Shown here: positions 50,347-59,454 of the stretch, piece by piece | Position numbering within the stretch: position 1 is the first letter of the stretch | Layout: each line of letters begins with the position of its first letter | Assembly: GCA_964362175.1 (NCBI GenBank) | Contig: CAYIDD010000001.1 | Span: 64,569-128,568, forward strand | Source: an uncultured Candidatus Saccharibacteria bacterium | GTDB taxonomy: Bacteria; Patescibacteriota; Minisyncoccia; Phycocordibacterales; UBA2100 | DNA length: 64,000 bases | Direction of reading: 5' to 3' | Notes under the pieces: generated by a model | Told to the model about the DNA's origin: nothing | The model's input: the letters and a program-made list of their open reading frames with translations, nothing else | Databases searched by the model: none | Position numbers and translations under genes: made by a program

Positions 50347-51681
50347 CTACTGGGTTATCGAGAACGCAGTGCTCGTTGCGATCGCGTGATACGTCGGCAA
50401 TGGAGGATTAATGGGCGGATACGTATCACCGAGATACGCGTTGGATGGGGTATAGAGCTCCGCAGTGATCTTGTATGAACCAACCTTTACCGTCTGCACT
50501 CCGCCGCAATCAGTACACATAATGGAAGATGCGGTCGGGACTGTCCACGTATAACTTCCCGATGTACTTTGGGCGCGCGCTATGATGCCTTCCCCGCTTC
50601 CGGTTTGTGCGTTTACAAGTCGTAGCAACACAACAGAATCAGATGGCGTATTCTGCGAACTCCATGAGATCGCGAGGTTCTGACCCTTCGCGACACTCGC
50701 GGGCGATCCGGACACAGAAATTGAAGGGGCACCTGCCGTCGTGCCGGCGACCGTGATCGGTATCGAAGCAATTACTTCCCGCCCCGAAGTACAGGCGACC
50801 GAACTGTTCGTACAGGCACTCCTGTTGATGAAGATGAGACGCGCCGTGTACGTTCCCGTCGTAGCATAGACATGCGTGTGCGTGCCGGAATCTAGGCTAC
50901 ACACGTTCGCAAGCGAACAGCCCGCAATGCCGTCGACGCGACTGTCGCCGTAATCTATCTGATACACTCCCGCCGCATATGACGTGGGGTTTTGGATACT
51001 CGTATAGAACGTAACGGTAAGCGGAGCTGCTCCTGCCATCGGCGACGCCGCGAAAACACCCGATCCGGACGTGGATGGTACACCCGAAAGCGGGATGGAG
51101 CATTTGTACGAGATGGTGCACCCATTCGCATCCGTATTCGCCTGCCATCCCGTCGAGCAGATCGTGGCCGGACGTGGTGCGAGAGGACACGACGGCGTTA
51201 CGACGGGTAGCGGAGATGCATTCGCGCTCGTGCAATGCGCTGCGATTGCCGCGCGCGTGCGCGCACCGACCACCCCCCACCCCGTCGATGCGGCGTCGCC
51301 CGAGGAAACGATGCTGCGGGATGCCTGCCAATCACGCACTGCGCCTTCGGTCAGCGGACCAAAAAAGCCGGTACTTGAATCCGACGAAAGAAATCCCTGC
51401 CATGCGAGATACCGCTGCAGGGACTGCACGTCGGGACCGTTTGTGCCACGGGAGAGACTTCTCCACAGGTCAGGACAGTGGTTCGGAGCGGGGAGATTGA
51501 CCGGCAATCCGGTATTCCCCGCGGTGGCGGCGCTATTCGCCTGCTGCTGGAGAGCCGCGATTTGCGTGAGCAGCGCCTGTATTTGCGCGGCGAGTTCTTC
51601 GGCCGTCAGTGCCGAAACAAAAACCGGCAACAGGAAAATCCCCACGGCGATTCCACCAACAAGAGACGAGATGTTGTTCAT
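50347..51681 (-). CDS. secreted peptidoglycan-binding + PKD-domain protein (paralog 3)
   Basis: ORF 50347..51828, start at MNNISS; N-terminal coiled coil LTAEELAAQIQALLTQIAALQQQ; PGBD1; PKD-like YQIDYGDS...THTHVYATTGTYTARL. Confidence 0.75.
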   Translation of the reverse strand: MNNISSLVGGIAVGIFLLPVFVSALTAEELAAQIQALLTQIAALQQQANSAATAGNTGLPVNLPAPNHCPDLWRSLSRGTNGPDVQSLQRYLAWQGFLSSDSSTGFFGPLTEGAVRDWQASRSIVSSGDAASTGWGVVGARTRAAIAAHCTSANASPLPVVTPSCPLAPRPATICSTGWQANTDANGCTISYKCSIPLSGVPSTSGSGVFAASPMAGAAPLTVTFYTSIQNPTSYAAGVYQIDYGDSRVDGIAGCSLANVCSLDSGTHTHVYATTGTYTARLIFINRSACTNSSVACTSGREVIASIPITVAGTTAGAPSISVSGSPASVAKGQNLAISWSSQNTPSDSVVLLRLVNAQTGSGEGIIARAQSTSGSYTWTVPTASSIMCTDCGGVQTVKVGSYKITAELYTPSNAYLGDTYPPINPPLPTYHAIATSTAFSITQ

Positions 51682-51682
51682 A

Positions 51683-53404
51683 TTAATTCGAGATCGTAAG
51701 AGTAACGTCGTCGATACGCGAGAGGCTCGGGCCGCGTTTGAGGGTGATCGTATATGAACCGCTTTGCGCATACGTGCGCGTGAAAGTCTTGAGCGCGGGC
51801 GTCTGAGCGCATGAGGACCCGCCGTCACTCTGCGTGACGTTGCTGCTTCCGTCTCCCCACGAGAGATTGTATCCGGTACACGAGGACGGGATATCGAACG
51901 ATACGGTGAATGTCAGAGGATCCGTGCCTGAGGACGTAATCGATGGCGGATTGTAGGAATAGGAACCGGACCCGGAACCCGTAGACGAACCCGATCCGAC
52001 GATGATGGTGACGGCGCCGACGATCGGCTGCGAGGCACCGGCACCTCCCTGATAGAGGGTTGCTCTGAAACCGCCGCTCTGCGTGTACGTGTGCGTAACG
52101 CTGTAGTTCAACCAACCGCCAACGCTCGCCGGCAAATTTACCGAGGCCAAGCTTCCGTCACCGAAATCCAAAGTCGATGCGCAGCCGCCCACGCAAAACC
52201 CTGCGTCATTGCTGTTCACGATGCCGGAAAACGTAACGTTGAGCGGCGCATTACCCGATGTTGGCGAAGCGGTGAACGATTCGCGCGGAAGATCGGGGGT
52301 GAATACGGGCGCGGGAGGACCTGAGACGGTGACCGTCGCGGTCGTCTCGTGTCCGCCGGCCGAGAGTTTTATCGTATACGTTCCTCCGTACTTATACGCG
52401 TGCGAATAATTCTGATTGATCTGCGTGCAATTTCCCGCGGAAACCGGTATCTGCTGAACCGGCGAACCGTCTCCGAAATCAAGTGTGTATGTCGCCGCGA
52501 GACACGATTTTGTCGTGTTGACGGTCGCGATGATGTTGACCGCCAGAGGCGCGTTACCGGATACGGGGGAAACCGTGATAAATCCACCGACTGGTACCGG
52601 CGCGCTCGGACCGGGAATGCCGCCATAACTACCCGTCGTGCACAAAAGTGCGATCGCTGCAGCAGTGCGCGGTCCGACGACACCGTATCCGGTCGACTCG
52701 GGGGTGCCGGAAGAAACGATATTATATTTCGCCTGCCAGCGCTGGACGGCGCGCTCGGTCAATGCGCCATAGTACCCGCTGATATTTGCTTCCGGATAAA
52801 TGGATGGGTCACGCGCAAGAAATTGCTGAAGGCGCGTTACGTCACTACCCGAAGCACCCTTCTTCAAAGTTCTTCCCACAAGCGGGCAAGAGCTCGAATC
52901 AGTGACCACCCCCGCTGCGGGCACATTTCCAGCTTGGGCAACGCCAAGCTGCGCCTGGAGTACCGCTATCTGATTCAAGAGTATTTGCGCCTGCGCCTGT
53001 ATCTGTGCCGGCGTCAATGCACCGGTGTTCACGTTGGTATTTGTAATTACAGATGAATTAACGGTGATCGTTCCCGCCTGACCCACTCCACCGATTCCTC
53101 CGTGGAAATTGCAGTGATACGCGTACGTCCCTGGCGCATTAAACATTGCGGCGAACGACTGGCCCGCCGCAACAGTACCGCTGTCAAAGCTTCCATTGTC
53201 TCCGATCGCCGTATGCGCTATTGAGCTCGTATTTATCCACCTGACCGTATCTCCGGGATTAATGACGACGTTTCTGGGAGAGAACGTGCTATCGGTCATC
53301 GTTATCGTTACTTCTGCCGCGAGACTTCTGCCTGGAAATATGAAAATGAGCGATGCAAACAGAATTAATAGTGCTGCATACGAAAAGCGGAGAGAGTATT
53401 GCAT
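51683..53404 (-). CDS. secreted cupredoxin-like + peptidoglycan-binding + PKD-domain protein (paralog 4)
   Basis: ORF 51683..53482 overlaps tRNA; start at MQYSLRF; N-terminal plastocyanin-like segment (TAIGDNGSFD...YAYHCNFHGG); coiled coil; PGBD1 GSDVTRLQQFLARDP...; two PKD-like units. Confidence 0.75.
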   Translation of the reverse strand: MQYSLRFSYAALLILFASLIFIFPGRSLAAEVTITMTDSTFSPRNVVINPGDTVRWINTSSIAHTAIGDNGSFDSGTVAAGQSFAAMFNAPGTYAYHCNFHGGIGGVGQAGTITVNSSVITNTNVNTGALTPAQIQAQAQILLNQIAVLQAQLGVAQAGNVPAAGVVTDSSSCPLVGRTLKKGASGSDVTRLQQFLARDPSIYPEANISGYYGALTERAVQRWQAKYNIVSSGTPESTGYGVVGPRTAAAIALLCTTGSYGGIPGPSAPVPVGGFITVSPVSGNAPLAVNIIATVNTTKSCLAATYTLDFGDGSPVQQIPVSAGNCTQINQNYSHAYKYGGTYTIKLSAGGHETTATVTVSGPPAPVFTPDLPRESFTASPTSGNAPLNVTFSGIVNSNDAGFCVGGCASTLDFGDGSLASVNLPASVGGWLNYSVTHTYTQSGGFRATLYQGGAGASQPIVGAVTIIVGSGSSTGSGSGSYSYNPPSITSSGTDPLTFTVSFDIPSSCTGYNLSWGDGSSNVTQSDGGSSCAQTPALKTFTRTYAQSGSYTITLKRGPSLSRIDDVTLTISN

Positions 53405-53458
53405 ACCGCTATTGTCGCACGCTAGCAGAGTGCCGCAACCCAGCAATTCACATCGTTG

Positions 53459-53531
53459 TCCGCCCGCTTGGACTCGAACCAAGAACCCCAGAGGTATAAG
53501 CTCTGTGCTCTAACCATTGAGCTACGGGCGG
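53459..53531 (-). tRNA. tRNA with UAU anticodon (Ile2-type, reads AUA)
   Basis: manual fold: CCGCCCG acceptor fully paired with CGGGCGG, U8 A9, D-arm GCUC-AAUGGUUA-GAGC, anticodon stem CAGAG/CUCUG with loop C-U-U-A-U-A-C, T-loop TTCGAGT; discriminator A. Confidence 0.7.
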
Positions 53532-53537
53532 ATGTGC

Positions 53538-54671
53538 CTAGCGTATCATTCTAGCGACAGCCGACGCAACACGCTTGTCGAACATGTCGGGGACGATTTT
53601 GTTGGCTGTCGGTTTTTTGACCAACGCTGCTATCGCCTTCGCGGCTTTAACTTTCATTTCATCGGTGATCTTTCGCACCCTGTTATCAAGCGCGCCGCGG
53701 AAAATGCCGGGGAATGCAAGAGAATTATTTATCTGGTTCGGGAAATCCGAGCGACCAGTGCCAATGACGAGCGCTCCCCCACGCCTCGCTTCGTCTGGCA
53801 TTATTTCGGGTGTCGGATTTGCCATTGCAAGCACGATGGCTTTCTTCGCCATAAGCCGGACATCATCGGCTTTCACGAGATTCGGGCCGGAAACTCCCAG
53901 CAGAACATCCGCGTTCCTGAGGGCGTCCTGCAAATTTCCCGTAATTCCCTCTGAGTTAAATGTCGCAAGCTCTTTCTTGTGCGCTTCCGGCCGTGAGGCT
54001 TCAATGATGCCTTTGCTGTCGAGCACAACAATATTCTTTGCCCCCGCCGCATGCAAAAGCCGCGCGGTCGCCGCTCCCGCGGCTCCCGCACCCAAAATAA
54101 CAATGCGGGCAGAAGCCATTTTTTTACCGACAACCTTGAAGGCATTCATGAGCGCCGCGAGAACCACCACTGCGGTTCCGTGCTGGTCATCGTGCATGAC
54201 AGGTATATCGAGCGCTTCGATGACGCGGCGTTCTATCTCAAAACACTTGGGCGCCGCGATGTCTTCAAGATTGATGCCGCCGAACGCGGGCGCGACCCGT
54301 ATCACCGTGTCAACGATCTCATTTACATCCTGCGTATCGAGCACAAGCGGTATCGCATCCACTCCGGCAAATGTTTTGAAAAGCGCGCACTTCCCTTCCA
54401 TGACCGGCAACGCACCGAGTGCCCCGATATTGCCGAGCCCCAATACCGCCGAACCATCGGAAATGACGGCGACCGTGCGGCCCTTTATCGTGTAGTCGCG
54501 CGCTTCTTTCGGATTTTTTGCGACATGGCTCGATACCGCCGCCACGCCCGGTGTATAAACGAGCGAGAGGTCGGCCCGGTTGCGCACGGGCGCCGCAGGT
54601 ATAATCCGAATTTTGCCACCGAGTTTTTTGTGGAGTGCTAGGGCCTTTTTAGCGACGTCGGTCTTCTTCAT
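53538..54671 (-). CDS. NAD(P)-dependent malic enzyme (short, MaeB N-domain type)
   Basis: 377 aa; malic enzyme motifs (VYTPGVA, GxGxxG dinucleotide loop ILGAGAAG, DSKG). Confidence 0.9.
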   Translation of the reverse strand: MKKTDVAKKALALHKKLGGKIRIIPAAPVRNRADLSLVYTPGVAAVSSHVAKNPKEARDYTIKGRTVAVISDGSAVLGLGNIGALGALPVMEGKCALFKTFAGVDAIPLVLDTQDVNEIVDTVIRVAPAFGGINLEDIAAPKCFEIERRVIEALDIPVMHDDQHGTAVVVLAALMNAFKVVGKKMASARIVILGAGAAGAATARLLHAAGAKNIVVLDSKGIIEASRPEAHKKELATFNSEGITGNLQDALRNADVLLGVSGPNLVKADDVRLMAKKAIVLAMANPTPEIMPDEARRGGALVIGTGRSDFPNQINNSLAFPGIFRGALDNRVRKITDEMKVKAAKAIAALVKKPTANKIVPDMFDKRVASAVARMIR

Positions 54672-54752
54672 GAGCGGCAGTATATCTCTTTTCTCAAAAC
54701 AGGGAACCCCGGCCGTTATCTACTTAAGTCAAAGTAGCTACGTACACAGGGT

Positions 54753-55331
54753 TCAGAAGAAGAACGGCGGGAGCCTCCAGGTGCGACCTTTGTAGTCGCG
54801 ATACGCCTGCCCATATGTTGCTTCTAGATGGATTTCTTCCGCACAGGCGACCCTATGCGTGAAGTCGAGCAAATACGGCAGGAGTACCAATAGATAGCTC
54901 GCGAGGCAAAGCTCGGTTGCCAGAAACCCGAGTAACACGCCGAGGTAGTATGGGTGCCGGATAAAGCGGTACGGCCCCGAAGTGGCGAGCTCGTGGCTTG
55001 GTACAAGCGCGGGCGATGTCGCCGGGCTTGCCCAGGTCTTACTCCTTACCTCCATTACGCGCGGCCAAGTCATGAGTGCGCAGGAAATGAGCGCGAGAAC
55101 GAGACCACACATCCGTACCGCCGTGTTGTACGGCTCCGGTAGATTCATCGGCAAGTCGAAGCCGAATACCTGAGCCAATGCACATGCAAAGCCCAGATAT
55201 ATCGAGTTCGAGCTCCCCCTGCCGTCGGTTCGTCTACGCCGCGTACTCCTTCGAACGTCGAAGAGTACGCGGATGGCGAGCGTCAGAATAACGAAGACGC
55301 CCAGCGAAATCTGATAGTAGATGTTCGCCAT
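54753..55331 (-). CDS. isoprenylcysteine carboxyl methyltransferase (ICMT/PEMT) family membrane methyltransferase
   Basis: 192 aa; TM helices; C-terminal SGPYRFIRHPYYLG motif. Confidence 0.75.
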   Translation of the reverse strand: MANIYYQISLGVFVILTLAIRVLFDVRRSTRRRRTDGRGSSNSIYLGFACALAQVFGFDLPMNLPEPYNTAVRMCGLVLALISCALMTWPRVMEVRSKTWASPATSPALVPSHELATSGPYRFIRHPYYLGVLLGFLATELCLASYLLVLLPYLLDFTHRVACAEEIHLEATYGQAYRDYKGRTWRLPPFFF

Positions 55332-55385
55332 CTGCTATACTCCTGGTTGAAGTGAAAGAGCGGACGGAAACAATATACTTTCCCT

Positions 55386-56462
55386 ATGCCTCAGTCAATC
55401 ACCATTAAAAAACCTTTTGATGCACATATTCACCTGCGCCGGGGGGCGATGTTGCGGGCGGTGACGCCCTACACGACGGAAAGGTTTTACAGTGGCATCG
55501 TGATGCCGAACACCGATCCGCCCATTGAGACTCTGGAACAAGCAGCGGAATACAAAAAAGAAATCCTTGCGGCAGTGCCTGCGGGGGCTACGTTCGAGCC
55601 GTTGATGACCTTCTATCTCACAAAGAACCTGAAACCAGCGGAGATAGAAAAGGCAGCCAAAGACGGTTCAATACGAGGCGTCAAATATTATCCGTGGGGA
55701 TATTCGATAAATTCCCAGTGGGGGCCGAGAAATGTCGTTGATGCCGTGGAGGTGTTGCATGCGATGGAGAATGCGGGAATACCACTACTCCTTCACAGCG
55801 AGGTTCACCTGAACGATCATAATGAAGAAGAGGACCCGTACGAGGGCGAGAAGATCTTTTTCCGCGACATCCTCCCGAAGCTTCTGGAAACGTACCCCGA
55901 GCTCAAAATTTCGCTTGAGCACGTGAGCACACGCGAAGCGGCCGCATTCATCGAGAAAAACGGAAAAGCGGGGCAGCTTGTCGCCACCATTACGCCGCAT
56001 CACCTCGTCTACGATCGCACGCACGCATTTTCCGGCGGCTACCGAACGCTTTTGAACTGCAAGCCGCTCATCAAAATGCGCGAGGATCGCGAGGCTCTGC
56101 GCGCGCTGGTAAAAAAAGGGTTGCCGTTCGTGCATGCCGGCACAGATACCGCGCCACACCCCGAATCCAGAAAATTCTCCTCATGCGCGGTATATGGCGC
56201 GTTCAATGCACCTGTCGCTGTCGAGCTGTACACGCAGGTTTTTGATGAAATAGGCGCCTTGGACAAGCTCGAAGATTTCCTTTCGATGAACGGTCCGAAA
56301 TTCTTTGGCGTCGAGCCGAGCACGGCGTCAATGACACTCGTAAAAAGGGACTGGCAGGTTACCGAGTCCGTGGTGACCGACGAAGGCGTGAACGTCTGGC
56401 CCATCGGTCACGTGCAGCACGGCCTCGGCAACGAGATCATTCGCTGGCAGATCGCGGCTTAA
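55386..56462 (+). CDS. pyrC: dihydroorotase, class II (E. coli PyrC-like)
   Basis: 358 aa; FDAHIHLRRG metal-binding start, carboxylated-Lys region, HxH...D ligands. Confidence 0.9.
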   Translation: MPQSITIKKPFDAHIHLRRGAMLRAVTPYTTERFYSGIVMPNTDPPIETLEQAAEYKKEILAAVPAGATFEPLMTFYLTKNLKPAEIEKAAKDGSIRGVKYYPWGYSINSQWGPRNVVDAVEVLHAMENAGIPLLLHSEVHLNDHNEEEDPYEGEKIFFRDILPKLLETYPELKISLEHVSTREAAAFIEKNGKAGQLVATITPHHLVYDRTHAFSGGYRTLLNCKPLIKMREDREALRALVKKGLPFVHAGTDTAPHPESRKFSSCAVYGAFNAPVAVELYTQVFDEIGALDKLEDFLSMNGPKFFGVEPSTASMTLVKRDWQVTESVVTDEGVNVWPIGHVQHGLGNEIIRWQIAA

Positions 56463-56734
56463 TTCCACCAGGAATCCCCTTCCGAACTCTTGAACCCAAT
56501 GTCGATGGCACGCTGATTGGCCACCGCTTTTAATTCTCCAACTGCCGAAACATTCGACTGCAGATCGGATTGCATAATGTCGCGCCTAACGACTTCGAGC
56601 GCACCGAGCGTCCGCGCCGCCTGAAATCTGGTCTTGAAATTTTTTATGTGGATCTCCTGCACCTTCGAATACGTGCCCTTGCGAGCGCTCGAGAGAAATT
56701 CGTTGGAAGGCTCGGGAAGCCTTGGGTCCGGCAT
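56459..56734 (-). CDS. hypothetical small protein
   Basis: 91 aa ORF with reasonable GC3 bias, convergent with pyrC, downstream of ftsH. Confidence 0.35.
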   Translation of the reverse strand: MPDPRLPEPSNEFLSSARKGTYSKVQEIHIKNFKTRFQAARTLGALEVVRRDIMQSDLQSNVSAVGELKAVANQRAIDIGFKSSEGDSWWN

Positions 56735-56750
56735 TTCGTAAGTATACCCC

Positions 56751-58682
56751 CTACACCAACGGCTGGTGTTCTATGTCTTCCTTTCTCTTCGGTGTGATGC
56801 CGTGCGCGATCAGGATCTTCTCGAAATCTTCGCGTTCGATGGTCTCCACTTCGATGAGGTGTCCCGCAATTGCATCCAGTGCCTCGCGGTGTTTCGTGAT
56901 AATGCTTTCGGCCTTTTTGTACGAACCGGAAATTATCTTTTTCACCTCGGCGTCAATGGTGGCGGCAGCCTCTTGTGATTGGTCTCCACCTTCCACGCCA
57001 CTCCCGAACATCGTTCTGCCCTGTCCCGCGTCAAATGCCATCGGCCCCACTTTGTCGGACATGCCATAGCGCGTCACCATGTCACGCGCAAGGGCGCTCA
57101 ATACTTGCAGATCATTGGAAGCACCGGTCGTGATATCGCCAAACACCGTTTTCTCCGCAATATAGCCTCCGAGCGCAACAGAAATATCATCGAGAAATTC
57201 CTTGCGCGATTGCATCTTACGATCTTCGAGCGGCAGCTTCAGCGTGTATCCCGCGGCACGGCCACGCGAAATGATGGATATCTTATGCACAGGGTCCGCA
57301 TACGGCAACACCGATGCGATGAGTGCATGCCCCGCCTCGTGGTATGCGGTGATCTCTTTTTCTTTCTTATTCAACACATGACTCTTGCGCTCAGGCCCGA
57401 GCATCACTTTCTCTATCGAGCGAATGAGGTCGTACTGCGTGATCTCGGTCCGATCTTCACGTGCCGCAAGGATCGCGCCCTCGTTCATGAGACTGGCCAG
57501 ATCGGCTCCGGAGAAACCCGGCGTGCGCTCGGCGATCACGGTGAGCTTTACGTCGGCACCAAGCGGCTTGGAGCGCGCATGCACACGCAATATCTCTTCG
57601 CGATCTTTGCGATCGGGGAGGTCGATCGTGACGCGTCTGTCGAAGCGGCCGGGGCGCAAGAGCGCAGGATCCAGAACGTCCGGTCTGTTGGACGCCGCCA
57701 TCACGATAACCTTTTCATTCGGTTCGAATCCGTCCATCTCCACCAGTATCTGATTGAGCGTTTGCTCGCGCTCGTCGTTGCCACCGCCGACACCCGTGCC
57801 GCGCACGCGCCCCACCGCATCGATCTCATCAACGAAAATAATGGACGGCGCAGCTTTCTTCGCGGTCTGGAAAAGATCGCGCACGCGCGATGCGCCAACG
57901 CCGACGAACATTTCGACGAACTCGGAGCCGGAAATGGAGAAGAACGGCACACCCGCCTCACCCGCAACAGCGCGCGCAAGTAGCGTCTTTCCCGTACCCG
58001 GCGCGCCCATGAGCAATACGCCCTTCGGGATGCGCGCTCCTATTTGGATGAACTTTTTGGGATTCTTCAGGAAATCGACGATCTCAAGGAGCTCGCTCTT
58101 TGCCTCTTTTGCGCCTGCGACATCCGCGAACGTGACTTTTTGCACTTCATCTTCCGGATTCACGAGACGCGCCATGGAACGCCCGAAGGTGAATGCCTGC
58201 ATACCGGCTCCCCGCATCTGCCGCGAGAGATACCAAATGACGCCAAACAGGAAGAGGACCGGAACGATGATGGGTAGGAGCGTGAGCGCCCAAAAGCGCA
58301 ATCCGCCCTCGTCTTTTATCTCAATTTTGACTGCGGCCAACTTTGCGGGGTCAATGGAATAATCCGAAAGCGTCTCCACGAGCGAGTTCTCGCTCTCTTT
58401 GCGCGAAGTCTTCTTGCTTTCATCGGCGTAGACGGCGGTGATCTTGTCGCCCGCGACCTCTATAGAAGTGATAGTGCCTGCGGTGATGTCGGCTGCGATC
58501 TGCGAGAGGGCGATCTCTTCGCTTTCAGTGGAAATATATTGCCGTGCGTACGAATAACCAACTGACAACACGAGGAACACCGCGAACGCCGCTGCGAGTT
58601 GTGCCCAAAGCGACGGGCCGCCCGGGACGGGCTTCTCGCCTTCCCCTCCCTTCTTGCGCGGATTCTCTACGTTCTTTGCCAT
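56751..58682 (-). CDS. ftsH: ATP-dependent zinc metalloprotease FtsH
   Basis: 643 aa; two TM, AAA Walker [19 protein letters not shown] zinc motif. Confidence 0.95.
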   Translation of the reverse strand: MAKNVENPRKKGGEGEKPVPGGPSLWAQLAAAFAVFLVLSVGYSYARQYISTESEEIALSQIAADITAGTITSIEVAGDKITAVYADESKKTSRKESENSLVETLSDYSIDPAKLAAVKIEIKDEGGLRFWALTLLPIIVPVLFLFGVIWYLSRQMRGAGMQAFTFGRSMARLVNPEDEVQKVTFADVAGAKEAKSELLEIVDFLKNPKKFIQIGARIPKGVLLMGAPGTGKTLLARAVAGEAGVPFFSISGSEFVEMFVGVGASRVRDLFQTAKKAAPSIIFVDEIDAVGRVRGTGVGGGNDEREQTLNQILVEMDGFEPNEKVIVMAASNRPDVLDPALLRPGRFDRRVTIDLPDRKDREEILRVHARSKPLGADVKLTVIAERTPGFSGADLASLMNEGAILAAREDRTEITQYDLIRSIEKVMLGPERKSHVLNKKEKEITAYHEAGHALIASVLPYADPVHKISIISRGRAAGYTLKLPLEDRKMQSRKEFLDDISVALGGYIAEKTVFGDITTGASNDLQVLSALARDMVTRYGMSDKVGPMAFDAGQGRTMFGSGVEGGDQSQEAAATIDAEVKKIISGSYKKAESIITKHREALDAIAGHLIEVETIEREDFEKILIAHGITPKRKEDIEHQPLV

Positions 58683-58731
58683 AAAGGCGCATTATACATA
58701 CTGAAGGGGTGAATGAAAGAACACGACCGCG

Positions 58732-59190
58732 GTGTATAGTGTTCGTATGACCGTCGTTGAAAATAAACGTGTTGGGTTCGACTACACCATCCTTGAGGAG
58801 ATCGAGGCGGGTTTGGAGCTGCTCGGGCTTGAAGTGAAGTCCTTGCGCGCGGGCCACGGCTCGCTCAAAGGCGCACGGGTGGTCGCGCGTGGCGGTGAAG
58901 CCTACCTCGTCGGCGCATCCATCCCTGCGTGGCAAGTGTTGAACGCACCCAAGTCTTACGACCCCGAACGCACGCGCCGTCTCCTCCTTTCGCGCAGAGA
59001 AATCGCCCGCGTGGCCTCGGCCGAGGGCGAAAAGGGGTTGACAATAGTGCCACTTAAGGTGTATAATCGCGGACGAAACCTGAAGCTGCGTATCGCCATC
59101 GCCCGCGGTAAGAAAAAAGAGGATAAGCGTCAAACCATACGGGCGCGAGAAGAGAAACGGCGGATTGAGAGAACTTTGAAAACTAAATAA
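58732..59190 (+). CDS. smpB: SsrA-binding protein SmpB
   Basis: 152 aa; SmpB core (VENKRVGFDYTI...GLELLGLEVKSLRAG) and basic C-terminal tail. Confidence 0.9.
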   Translation: MYSVRMTVVENKRVGFDYTILEEIEAGLELLGLEVKSLRAGHGSLKGARVVARGGEAYLVGASIPAWQVLNAPKSYDPERTRRLLLSRREIARVASAEGEKGLTIVPLKVYNRGRNLKLRIAIARGKKKEDKRQTIRAREEKRRIERTLKTK

Positions 59191-59454
59191 TTGAGTGTCG
59201 GAATGTGGCCCAACAAAAGGAGGACGCCACGATGTCCCGATTGAAAATGAATCTGCTCGACAGTATCATTTTGCGCACGACCCACGCACTGATGGCACTT
59301 TCTGTTTACGGTGCATATTACATTGGCACCTTGCAGGGCTAGCTTTTGCACTAGCCCGGACAACTGCGGAATCGCGTTCGCGCGATTCCGCCCACATTCC
59401 GACATTCAATCGCCAGTCGATCGCCACCTCTGATCCTTTTTAGGATCGGAGGTG
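59191..59454 (+). other. highly structured 264-nt smpB-ssrA spacer (possible pre-tmRNA leader, mini element or ncRNA)
   Basis: 13-bp IR tgtcggaatgtgg (59196..59208)/ccacattccgaca (59392..59404); internal hairpins GGGCTAG-8-CTAGCCC (59336..59357), CGGAATCGCG-UUCG-CGCGATTCCG (59367..59390), and 13-bp stem CCACCTCTGATCC-ttttta-GGATCGGAGGTGG (59424..59455) abutting tmRNA 5' end. Confidence 0.5.
59232..59342 (+). CDS. micro-ORF (36 aa, hydrophobic) with strong SD inside the spacer
   Basis: AAAGGAGG 8 nt upstream of ATG; MSRLKMNLLDSIILRTTHALMALSVYGAYYIGTLQG; stop codon lies inside hairpin. Confidence 0.3.
   Translation: MSRLKMNLLDSIILRTTHALMALSVYGAYYIGTLQG

Noticed and set aside
59195-59443. 82-aa GTG-start ORF in smpB-ssrA spacer
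   Set aside because: No protein-like composition. It overlaps several perfect hairpins. A shorter SD-led ORF in another frame is more plausible, and even that is low confidence.
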